A DNA stretch of 63,741 nt, filler included, from Octopus bimaculoides (taxonomy: Eukaryota): assembly GCF_001194135.2 (NCBI RefSeq). It is 8 parts of 7 records of this genome, joined end to end, with 100 filler letters (N's around TTAATTAATTAA, not from the genome) between each part and the next. Parts side by side here need not be neighbours in the genome. Positions count along the whole stretch, not along the records: positions 22,318 to 29,247 come from NC_069002.1; positions 29,348 to 31,863 come from NC_068982.1; positions 31,964 to 52,772 come from NC_068981.1; 5 more parts are not named here. The stretch is one strand, 5' to 3'. The notes beneath the pieces are model-generated. The model worked only from the letters and a program-made list of their open reading frames with translations. It searched no databases and was not told the origin of the DNA. Each line of letters opens with the position of its first letter. The stretch's first letter is position 1. The translations under genes and the position numbers were made by a program. Of this stretch, positions 26,774-38,562 are shown piece by piece.

Positions 26774-27110
26774 CATACACACATACATAAATGTTTGTTT
26801 ACAGGTGTAGTTACATATAAAAATGTAAATATTAAATTGAAGGATCAAAGGATGATTCAATACTTTCCACTAGAGCCTCCATTTCTTTGCTGTCTTCAGG
26901 GTGAGCCACGATCTGAAAACTTTGAAGTTTCTATCAACCTTTTTCCTGTAAATATCATTGACACCATTGAATCCCAGTCTAGCCTGCTGGCATGGTTGGA
27001 CAGTTTTACAGGATCTAATAAGTTGAAGAACTACAGCAAGCTCTAATATTTTCTTAGACACGATTGTTATGGCTGGATGCCCTTACCTAATGCCAACCAC
27101 TTCATGCAGT
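25480..27110 (-). mobile_element. Cluster of family C SINE fragments plus a CORE-SINE in the tetraspanin intron
   Basis: ctggatgccctt(a)cctaatgccaaccact at about 25637, 26189, 26302 and 27074; 60-65-bp internal subrepeats at 26340-26575. Confidence 0.8.
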
Positions 27111-28127
27111 GTATTGAGTGCATTTCCCATAGATGCATCACTACTGGGGCTTCCATTTAACTCGCCTTGAAATTGTCTACTTTTGTTTATTTAAAACTGA
27201 AATAAATAATTTTTTTTAATAAGCTCTTATTGTATTGATACGTCATTTTTTAATGTGCAATATTTTTAATACAAAATATATCATAATCAATAAGTGTCAC
27301 AAGAGAATGTTACAGGAACATAGAGGAAAACAGTAAAGCACACAAGTGATGTGGAGATGTTCAACCCCTCATTGGTTATAGATCAAATATCATCACAATT
27401 TTGACACCTGCAATAATATTATTCAATTTGGCAGAGTCAGCAATGAAAGCTGCTGAGATATAAATGAGCAGACATGATAGATGAATATGAGCAGGAGATA
27501 AAATGAGACTAGTATAACAAGAGAAGATGAGATCTCTAAACTGATAAATAAAGACAAGTTATGAGGAGAACAGGAACACACACACACACATATATAATGA
27601 AAGGCAAAAATAAACGACATGGCTCTCCTTGACCATCTCCTCTCTTCAAGTTCTTCACAGATTCATTCTCTTATTCAGGTTTCAAATCCCTTAAAAGTGA
27701 AGTTTTGGCATTTCCTAATCATCACACTGTGGCTGATGAAATGAGTTCCATTATCAATATAACTTGCGATGGAAGTGAGTTGGCAGAACCATAAGCAATC
27801 TGGTAGATGAAATGCTTCGTGGCATTTCATCCATCTTTGCTGCATTTTGAGCTAAAATTCTGCAGTGGTTGACTTTCATTTTGTCTTTTCAGAATTGATA
27901 AAATAAGTACCAGTCTGGTTATGCGATCGATATAATTGGCCTGTCCTTCCCCTCAAAAACTGCTGGCTCTGTTTCAAAGTTTGAAACCAATTGGTCCAAT
28001 TCCCCTCAAATTTAGAACAATCCTTTACTAATTCCTGGTTCCTGCCTATGTAGAATGTTATGTTCGGGATAGCATCATAGATCAGTGAAGAGACATAAAT
28101 AGCATATATTTTCTTTTCTATTTTTAG

Positions 28128-28241
28128 ATTGATGTCCAAGACAAAATCTACACACAAGGCTGTTTAAAAGGATTCCACACATGGGTAGAAATAAATGGAG
28201 TAAGCATAATTGGCATCATGTTTGGTATTATTCTTCCACAG
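28128..28241 (+). CDS. TspanC8-like tetraspanin, end of loop + TM4
   Basis: tttttag|ATT...CAG|gtaagt; 114 nt. Encodes IDVQDKIYTQGCLKGFHTWVEINGVSIIGIMFGIILPQ, with the IYTxGC motif and TM4 ending in Q. Confidence 0.93.
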
Positions 28242-28769
28242 GTAAGTCTTGTATAAACCTTTCTTAAATGAGAATGACTTATTCATACAAAAGTCCAATC
28301 TTTCTCCAGACTGTTCTTTCTTTCCTTAGTTGATCTATTATCAAATGATTAAATCATTTGCTCAAATTTTCATGATCAGAAGAATCCATCACTGGGTTAT
28401 TCAGCTTATGGTCTTGTAGCCGAGATATCTTATTTTCTGGTCACACCTCCTGGGGTTAAATTAAGAATGCTAAGTTACCTGCAAATTAACTCATAACTTA
28501 ATAAAATTTATAATCTGAAATCATCATCATTTTAACAACCGCTTTTCTATGCTTCCGTGGGTCAGATGTAACTTGTGGCAAATTTTCTAGAGCTGGAAGC
28601 CCTTCCTATTGACACTCCTTACCTGATTCCAAACAAGGTAATATTTCCCCAGGGCTGGGAATGTTTCCATGGAAAGAATGACATTGTATGAATGTGATGC
28701 TCATTTACAACTATTGCATAATGTTAAGATATAGAGACACACCCATATATATATATGTGTGTGTGTGTG

Positions 28770-29100
28770 TGAAGGCACATGGCTCAGTGGTTAGAGCATT
28801 GGGATCACAATTATGAGGTAGAGAGTTTGATTCCCAGACTAGGCTGTGTGTTGTGTTCTTGAGCAAGACACTATTTCATGTTGCTCCAGTTCGTTCAACT
28901 GTAGAAATGAGTTGTGACGTCACTGGTGCCAGGCTGTATTGGCTTTTGCCTTTCCTTTGGATAACATCGGTGGCATGGAGAGGGGAGACTGGTATGTATT
29001 GGTGACTGCTGGTCTCCCACAAACAACCTCGCTTGGACATGTGCCTTGGAGGGGAACTTTCCAGGTGCAATCCCATGATCACTTGTGACCAAAGGGGGTC
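28770..29100 (+). mobile_element. tRNA/CORE-type SINE
   Basis: A box TGGCTCAGTGG, B-box-like GTTTGATTCC, CORE-like GTGTTGTGTTCTTGAGCAAGACACT. Confidence 0.8.
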
Positions 29101-29124
29101 TTTATATATATATATATATATGTG

Positions 29125-29247
29125 TAAAGTCCCCTCTCAACCCAGAGTAACGTGGTGGTGGAACAAGGATGTAGACGGGGCTATTAGACAAAAGAAACAG
29201 GCTTGGAAGGACTGGAAGAACGGTGGTAGCAGGGAATTGTACCAATC
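29125..29247 (+). mobile_element. RTE-clade LINE fragment running into a gap
   Basis: Open frame PSQPRVTWWWNKDVDGAIRQKKQAWKDWKNGGSRELYQ (RTE WWN motif between APE and RT). Confidence 0.85.
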
Positions 29248-30169
29248 NNNNNNNNNNNNNNNNNNNNNNNNNNNNNNNNNNNNNNNNNNNNTTAATTAAT
29301 TAANNNNNNNNNNNNNNNNNNNNNNNNNNNNNNNNNNNNNNNNNNNNGGGGGGGGGGGTAGTTGAGAGGGGCTGGGGTGATGGGTCTATGGCAGGTGATG
29401 GAAGGACAAGCCTAGGTGGCTTGTAATAGAGATACAAAGCTGAGATGTTGGAAACCTGGAAAGAAGACAGAAGTGATAGTGAGATGTTGGAGCATTTCAA
29501 AATACAGTGGATTGTGACAAATTATTTCATATCTCGCAAAGTTTCTAAATTCTTATAACATAAAAACAATATTGTGAACATATTAACTATATTTTAATAT
29601 ATTACTAATATATATAAAAGCGGTGAGCTGGCAGGATCGTTAGCACGCCAGGCTAAATGTTTAGCGGCATTTCATCCATCTTTACTTTCCAGGAGCATAT
29701 TTTTGTGGCATCAGTGCTAGAGAGGCTGTCATGTCATCAACAAGACAAGACTAAAGTATCTTCCCAGCCTTGCAATGTCTCCACACATCCACTGACCTCT
29801 TTTTTTAGAGGGTACCAAGAGCATTCTTTTGGCACCAGTACTAGAGGGGTCGTCATATTCTTGACAAGACAAGACTAAGGATCCTTTCAACTCTGTGAGG
29901 TATCTATTTGTCCATCACATCACAAAGTAAACTGGATACCCTTTATCCTAACACCGGTTGGATAATTGTTGATGCCTGTTGCCATGGAACACAGAGAGAG
30001 AGAAGAAGAGAGAGGCGGGGAGGGAGTGGATAAAGACAGAAGCCTATTTGCTGAAAGGTCTGAAATTCAAATTCACATTAGACTTTGCATACTTATTCTA
30101 CCCACTGTGACTCAACTGACCATCAGTAGGAAATGTTATCTACAATAGACTTATATCAGACAATTACAG

Positions 30170-30229
30170 ATTTATTTCATCTGCTTGAATAACACGAAAA
30201 TGGTACTAAGTAACTGCTGGCACTTGTAA
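30170..30229 (+). CDS. Putative terminal coding exon of the tetraspanin
   Basis: ttacag|ATT TAT TTC ATC TGC TTG... = IYFICLNNTKMVLSNCWHL*, phase 0; resembles the IFGICL start of the last exon of Tspan5-type genes. Weak pyrimidine tract, and it lies beyond an assembly join. Confidence 0.45.
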   Translation: MYFICLNNTKMVLSNCWHL

Positions 30230-30519
30230 ATTCCTTGGCAGTTTCCAAGACATTTACATAATTTATCTTTCAAGAGGAGCTACTACTTGGATTCTTTTAT
30301 ATTCTTACTTGTTTCAGTTATTGAGCTGTAGCAATGTTGGGGCACTGCTCTGAAGAGTTTTACTCCAACAAATCAAACACCCAGGTTTTATGCTTATTTG
30401 AAGTCAGGTACTTATTCAATCAGACACTTTTGCTAAACCACTATGTCATGGAAATGTAAAAAAGACCAACACCTTTGTCAAGTGAAGTTGGGCACAGACA
30501 CATACACATAAAAACACAC

Positions 30520-30597
<78 letters not shown>

Positions 30598-30629
30598 GGT
30601 GGGCCAAAATATATATATATATATATATA

Positions 30630-30830
30630 TGGGAGAATTTATGAAAAAAACAACAACAGACGAGGACAGGTGGTGTAAACAACAAAAGGATGTATTAGTT
30701 TAACGCTCAGGAATAGAGAAAGTCTGACGTTTTGAGCTTCGCTCTTCAACAGAAAGAAATAAGGAGAAAAACAAGGAGAAAAAAATTTTTTTAATGTCGT
30801 GGTCAGCGATCTATCATGGCGACTGCCGGA
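30630..30830 (-). mobile_element. Penelope-like terminal repeat remnant (second copy 38250-38445)
   Basis: Two homologous copies with a minimal hammerhead-like CTGT.GA-AGAGC..CTC-GAAACGT motif. Confidence 0.6.
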
Positions 30831-31495
30831 CAGAAAGTTCACACAGGAGAGCTAAGAAAAAGGGGGGATAATAAAAGGGGAAAGAAGCGGTGAACCCAAA
30901 TATGAGAAGCTGTGTGTGTGTGTGTGTGAGAGAGAGAATGCTGGTGATCTTAATGTATGTATGTGTGTATGTAGGTGTGAAAAAGTGGGGAAGGGAGAAG
31001 GGAGTTGGTCAGTGCTAGTGTGTGTGTGGTGGTGTGTTGTGTGATATGGTGTAACGTGGTGTGATGTGAGAGTTGGGAGGTGGGGATATATATATAGTGA
31101 CCGAGACCTTTGGAGATATGCTGTGCTTGAGAAGACCTGATAAGCCAAGTGAGACCATAACCCGGGGCCTATTGCCAGTGGTGGATAACCAGCCTGCTTC
31201 ACATTAGACTTTGCATACTTATTCTACCCACTGTGACTCAACTGTCCATCAGAAGGGAATGTTATCTACAATAGATTGTGAAGACAATAAACTTTGCTTG
31301 TGAAGACCTGTTGAGGCAAGTGAAATCAAAATCGCTGACGTGGCCAATGACAGTACCGCCTGATTGGCACTCGTGCCAGTGGAATGTTAAAAGCACCCTC
31401 TGAGCATGATCGTTGCCAGGGCCACTGACTGGCACCCATGCCGGTGGCACGTAAAAAGCAGACATTAAAGAATGATGATGATCATGATGATGATA

Positions 31496-31676
31496 TAGGG
31501 TGGGCAAAAAGTCGCGCACAAAATAAGTTCAATACACTCCGGAATTGTTAAAGACATGCTTCAATTTTTCTAAAATAAAAAAAAATAATGACGAACACAC
31601 ACATGAACAAAATGGACAACAACAGAATATAAATAAAATGTCAAATGTTTTGGTGTGTGACTTTTGGTCCACCCTG
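31496..31676. mobile_element. Tc1/mariner MITE
   Basis: TA|TAGGGTGGGCAAAAAGTCGC...GTGACTTTTGGTCCACCCTG|TA. Confidence 0.8.
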
Positions 31677-31730
<54 letters not shown>

Positions 31731-34700
31731 GAGCTTCCACAGTTTCTGTCTACCAAAGTCACTCACAAGTCATTGGTCAGACTGGGGCTATAGTAGAAGA
31801 TGCCCACAGTGCTGTGCAGTGGGACTGAACCTGAATCCACATGGTTGCAAACTGAGCTCCTTANNNNNNNNNNNNNNNNNNNNNNNNNNNNNNNNNNNNN
31901 NNNNNNNTTAATTAATTAANNNNNNNNNNNNNNNNNNNNNNNNNNNNNNNNNNNNNNNNNNNNATATATATATATATATATATATACGTTATACTCATGT
32001 ATTAATGCGTGCGCGTATGTTATAATATTTGGTGTAACAAGAAAAAAAAAAGAAAATGCTCATGAACGTAAAAATAAAAATGCATCTAAGTAAATAAAAA
32101 TAATAACTTTCTGCAACTGTACAACTGTATAAATTACTAAAGCACTAATAGCTTTAATAAATTGTTTAACGTTAATAACTATCTTGCCATATACTTATCT
32201 TCTAATCAATGGGGACATTACTACTACTTGCACCCTTAAATAATCTTTACAAAATTAATCAACCACAATAAAAAAAGTAACCTATGTCGAATGTACCTAT
32301 GTACCCTATGTCGAATGTAAATGAATGGAAATAATTGATTAAGTGATGAAAATTGAATGTTCAGCAATATTTCAAAATAAAATTTTCATTTACTTGCATA
32401 TCATATGGACACACCGAGTCAGGTATACACATATATAAACATGGATATACAAAACATATAGATAGATACACACGCAATGTGGTGAGAAAATTTATGAATG
32501 GATGTTCTTTGTAAATTTTATGTAGTCAGTATCTCTTAATTTGATTTTATAGAGGCATACTTTCATTTCTGAGTTTTATGACATACAGTGACTCCATCAG
32601 CACTGGTTCCTAAGTACATGACTCTTTCTCTCTGTTTGTTTGACACTACCTCTCTCTATCTCTCTTCTTTCGCTATATATGTGTGTATGTATGTATATAT
32701 ATATATATACATATATATNNNNNNNNNNNNNNNNNNNNNNNNNNNNNNNNNNNNNNNNNNNNNNNNNNNNNNNNNNNNNNNNNNNNNNNNNNNNNNNNNN
32801 NNNNNNNNNNNNNNNNNNNNNNNNNNNNNNNNNNNNNNNNNNNNNNNNNNNNNNNNNNNNNNNNNNNNNNNNNNNNNNNNNNNNNNNNNNNNNNNNNNNN
32901 NNNNNNNNNNNNNNNNNNNNNNNNNNNNNNNNNNNNNNNNNNNNNNNNNNNNNNNNNNNNNNNNNNNNNNNNNNNNNNNNNNNNNNNNNNNNNNNNNNNN
33001 NNNNNNNNNNNNNNNNNNNNNNNNNNNNNNNNNNNNNNNNNNNNNNNNNNNNNNNNNNNNTATATATATATATATATATGTGCGTGTGTATTATGCACAT
33101 ACACACACACGCATTGTTGTTTATATGCAATAGTGCATTTGGTTTTATTGCATTTAGTAATTTGTATTTTTATTTTTAACCAGTGCCATTCACATTTGAA
33201 ACTTTAAAATTTGCGATTTTTTTTCCTAATGAACGACTGTGCTGCGATTTTATTGGTATCAGCTATCGCTTTAATGTGCTATGCTAGAGCCGTAAACTAG
33301 TTTTCACTATTAGAACAGCAATAAAGAAATTTACTTATTGAAGTGGTTGCTTACATTTTACTCTGATTTTTACTTCATTACTGAATTAGTCCGTCTCCTC
33401 ATTTACCTACAAAATTACACCAGCAAGCTCCAGACTCTGCCAAAATATATCAATTCAAAATAAATATACAAGCTTCCTCACATGTGCAGACTCAGACACC
33501 AGATAAATACAAACTGACTGACTGACTGACTGACTGACCACTACTACTATTGTTTCCGCTACTATTAAGACTATCACATCGTGTATTATAATTGATCCTA
33601 ACTTCGGTATTAGATCAGTAAATTGGTGATAGGTGTTAGTCGATACAGGATCGCAGTACGTGGCTGGTACTCTTTCTATCCTTAAATGTAATCCAGTTAC
33701 CCACTCGCCCGGAATTGCTGGTCTCGTGTCAAAATTTTAACTCAAACGTTGAGTTGCAAATTTGAACCCTGTAGTATTTCAACTCTGTATGTTTACACAA
33801 TTCAACGATTATCGATTTAATGTTAAGCTGAAAAGTGTGCATAACTCACCACAGTCTTCAGAGTAATAGAACCTATACATTTATTCATTTCACTAGAATG
33901 ATGACCGATATTCTCGAATTTGATGAGATAGATAATCGAGCCTAGAATTGGAGGCAATATTTGCTCTGTTGTCATATAATGTAACTTACACATTTATCAA
34001 TACTTATTTTTAGACAGGCGCACCAGAAAAACTTGTATTAACTTGCTGTTATTTTAGATTCCGAGTACACGTCCGACTGGTGTCGAATTTTCTCTCCTTA
34101 TTGAAAGGTTGACAAAAAAGCCACTGTGATAAACAACACTTCTCATGAAACTTACACTGCAGTAATGCTAGAAATTTATTATTTAGATAATTGTTGTTGC
34201 TAGAATGAGAAATACATTTTGTTGTGTCGTTCCATTCCAGTTTCAGATCTAGCTATGACATTTCTGCCTTTTTTCTTGACCTCTAAAATTTTAACGACCA
34301 CCAGAAACACACCGACTGCTCCACTATCATCAACAAAACAACCACCCCTTATATAGCTGATGAGTATTCGAAATCGTAGAAGAAATTGACGTTAGAGATA
34401 AACACTTGACTGAATCAATGATGTGTAAAGAAAAACTGAAGTACACGGACAACTCTCTTTGTTTAAATGATTTCGTCTAGTAGTTAAGTTTATTTGCTAA
34501 ATAATTCGCCAATGATCACAATATTGATATTGTTTGATCTGACTCCAAAGAGTAGTTAAACGAAGTGTATATATCATAAAATTGACTTAACGATATTACA
34601 ATACTTTCGTAAAACCCGGTGGGAAGAAATAGAAAGTACTCTCGGGTTTTAAATTCAGCTTCGTTGTGGAAGTCTATAATGCGGAGAAGAAATTGACGTC

Positions 34701-36807
34701 ATTGCAGTGTCACTTTTCCTTATTTTATTATCAGACTTTTTAACACTTTGCCTGCCATCGATGCCAACAATATTTGCCCGTGGTTTTCTCTTGATATGTC
34801 GCAAAACGGACTCCCAAATAGTTAAGTCATGAGGTCTGTATGTCGCTATGACTATAACAAATGCACATATTACTAACATCACAACCGTAATTCACCTTAG
34901 TATCAACTGACACCTCATTCACGGCAATTAATATATATATATATATANNNNNNNNNNNNNNNNNNNNNNNNNNNNNNNNNNNNNNNNNNNNNNNNNNNNN
35001 NNNNNNNNNNNNNNNNNNNNNNNNNNNNNNNNNNNNNNNNNNNNNNNNNNNNNNNNNNNNNNNNNNNNNNNNNNNNNNNNNNNNNNNNNNNNNNNNNNNN
35101 NNNNNNNNNNNNNNNNNNNNNNNNNNNNNNNNNNNNNNNNNNNNNNNNNNNNNNNNNNNNNNNNNNNNNNNNNNNNNNNNNNNNNNNNNNNNNNNNNNNN
35201 NNNNNNNNNNNNNNNNNNNNNNNNNNNNNNNNNNNNNNNNNNNNNNNNNNNNNNNNNNNNNNNNNNNNNNNNNNNNNNNNNNNNNNNNNNNNNNNNNNNN
35301 NNNNNNNNNNNNNNNNNNNNNNNNNNNNNNNNNNNNNNNNNNNNNNNNNNNNNNNNNNNNNNNNNNNNNNNNNNNNNNNNNNNNNNNNNNNNNNNNNNNN
35401 NNNNNNNNNNNNNNNNNNNNNNNNNNNNNNNNNNNNNNNNNNNNNNNNNNNNNNNNNNNNNNNNNNNNNNNNNNNNNNNNNNNNNNNNNNNNNNNNNNNN
35501 NNNNNNNNNNNNNNNNNNNNNNNNNNNNNNNNNNNNNNNNNNNNNNNNNNNNNNNNNNNNNNNNNNNNNNNNNNNNNNNNNNNNNNNNNNNNNNNNNNNN
35601 NNNNNNNNNNNNNNNNNNNNNNNNNNNNNNNNNNNNNNNNNNNNNNNNNNNNNNNNNNNNNNNNNNNNNNNNNNNNNNNNNNNNNNNNNNNNNNNNNNNN
35701 NNNNNNNNNNNNNNNNNNNNNNNNNNNNNNNNNNNNNNNNNNNNNNNNNNNNNNNNNNNNNNNNNNNNNNNNNNNNNNNNNNNNNNNNNNNNNNNNNNNN
35801 NNNNNNNNNNNNNNNNNNNNNNNNNNNNNNNNNNNNNNNNNNNNNNNNNNNNNNNNNNNNNNNNNNNNNNNNNNNNNNNNNNNNNNNNNNNNNNNNNNNN
35901 NNNNNGTGTGTATATGTTTGTGTGTCTATTTGGCCCCCCAACATCGCTTGACAACCGATGTCGGTGTGTTTGCGTCCCCGTAACTTAGCAGTACGGCAAA
36001 TGTGAAGATAGAATGAGTCTTGGGGTCGATTTGTTCGACTAAAAGTGTTGCTCCAGTATGGCCGCAGTCAAATGACTGCAACATGTGACGGAGTAAAAGT
36101 TTATAATGCAAAAATTGAGCCAAGAACGCAGAACATCCAGACAGACGTTGCAAGAAATCAAGGACATGTAATTCGGAGTTTCTATCTTCAGTCGAGTTCC
36201 AGATTATCTTTGCAATTTTGGGTGATTATACTCGAGATTGCTCCAATCTGACCAGTCCCAAGGAAAATGTAATCTAAGAGCATTAAATTCCTTGGAAGAA
36301 AGCAACGAATGTATACGAAAACAAGGTCGGAAAGAAAAAAAAAGCAGAGAAACGTTACACAAATACAAATACGATTAACAGGACATAACAACATGTGTCT
36401 TTCGCCTAAGGACGAATTAAATTAAGCTGGCGTGTGTGGAAGTAAAGCCTTACGGCAGGGACATGACTTTTAACAGGCACAGGAGGAATATAAATTTTGC
36501 ACGGATGGTAGTCGAAACATGAAAGTACGGTCAGGCCTGGCCGAACATCGGTCACATAGGGAGAGAAGAGAGAGAAGTAAAGGCAGCGAGATAAAATAAT
36601 TAAGGAGGAGAGATAAATATATACATATACATGTATGTATGCATGTACATGTGTATTTATGCAGTTATGTATATATGTATATATGTAAGCATATATGCAT
36701 GCATGAATGTGTGTGTGCACGCGTCTTTGTGTTTATAGTATCACAACCGCTGGGCAATAGTTGTTTGTGTTTATTTACAAGAATAACAACAAATCAACAA
36801 CCAGAAC

Positions 36808-36858
<51 letters not shown>

Positions 36859-38249
36859 TGTAGTAGTAGTAGTAGGAGGAGGAGTGTTCCATTTCTTCGA
36901 CTAAAGCCTTCAAAGGGAGCTCTTGTATGGACGCAGTATAAAGAAGAAATGTGTATGCATTTATATATGAATAGTCACATACACATACTCACACATGTAT
37001 ATGTGTATGCGTATTTGTGTATGTGTGCGTGTATGTGTGTGTCTAAATAAATGAATATATGCAAATATATAAATACATATGCACATAAGCATTCATGCAG
37101 TAGGAATCGGCTAATTGACGAAGAATAAAGGCAGAGAACAACCTTGCAGCTACGTTTTCTTCCCCAGATGCAACAGACTGACCTTCCAATAATCTTACAG
37201 GGAGAAAAGAAGAACAATTTATTTGTTGGGGTTGGTGCCCGCGAGATAAACTTGAATTGTAGTTATTAGCAATGTTACTGATATGGTAATATAACTATGT
37301 TTCTGAGTAATATATATCAGACTAAATATTCTGGTATATCTTAAAGCAGCTTGTCTGCAACAAAATATATTTAATACCAATACAATGTATGATGGAGAAG
37401 AGATAAATCTGGTTCTGCGTGTATAAGTGATATAATAATAATAGTATACATATTTCGTCATATATTCGTTCACATGATGAAAACATCTATAAAGAATTCT
37501 GCCACATTCTTCCATTTTGACAATTAGATTTATAGAAATGAATCCTTCCAATGTTAGATATATCTCATCTCCCTGATATCTATATCTATTTACTTTCTTC
37601 TTGTATGTGTTAGAAGACCACGCTGAAAACCACGCAGCTATTTTCATCGTATATGCAATCATAATATATTCCTTTGAAGCATCTTAGATGCAGCTGATCT
37701 TACAGCAAAAATAATACTCATATGTGATAGATTAACTGTATTTATTATAAAACGGGTAATCAAGATATGCAATTTTAGTTCCTTACCCAATACTAAAGAC
37801 CTGTAGTGACCAAACTTAATTTTAGCTGTATGCAAATAAGATTCCTCACTCAAAGCTGTTCGTCAGCCTAAACTCTATATTCAAATGTCTATCTTACAAT
37901 TCGATTCTACTTATATGTAGAACGTACACACATTATGTATAAGCAGGAAATAATTCCCTGTGACAGTTATAAGTCTATTCTACGTGCGGCATTCAAATAT
38001 TGTTTCTACCACACAAAAAACACCTTGCACTGCTAGAAAAATTATATGCTCAGTATTAGGAAATATTTCGGGAAACCTTAACTTTAGCAATTATATTTCA
38101 CAATGATATGAATCTTCGCAATACTTCCACTCTTGTATATTATAGCTAGACAAGCTAGTATAAATGCAAGAACGTCTACACTAGTCACGAGCAACCTGGG
38201 ACGTGCGGGACGTTTTGACTGGTAGGTTTAACGAACAATATATATATAT

Positions 38250-38445
38250 AGGGAGAATTCACAAAAAAAAACAAAAACAAAAGACGAAAACAGGTAGTAT
38301 AGACAACAAACAGATGCATTAGTTTAACGCTCGGGAAGTGAAAATGTCTTTAACGTTTCGAGTCTACGCTCTTCCACAGAAAGGAACACAGAAAGAAACA
38401 AGGAGATAAAATAAAGAATATGTCGTGGCTAGCGATATATCATGA
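38250..38445 (-). mobile_element. Penelope-like terminal repeat remnant
   Basis: Homologous to 30630-30830. Confidence 0.6.
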
Positions 38446-38477
38446 CGAATGTTACATACATACAAACACACACGCAC

Positions 38478-38562
<85 letters not shown>

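Noticed and set aside
28310-28419. Alternative last tetraspanin exons at 28310 (TVLSFLS*) or 28330 (LIYYQMIK...)
   Set aside because: Would need 68-88-nt introns and resemble the TM4 end less than 30170 does; not fully excluded.
28770-28850. Genuine tRNA genes
   Set aside because: All A/B-box hits are SINE heads continuing into SINE bodies; no clean cloverleaf with a terminator.
34356-34385. CTGATGA-GTATTC-GAAA hammerhead-like motif
   Set aside because: No stem I complement and only a one-pair stem II.
32588-35954. Long X-filled ORFs (also 40228-40734, 47402-47969, 49374-49990, 53183-54121)
   Set aside because: They span N gaps; no coding evidence.
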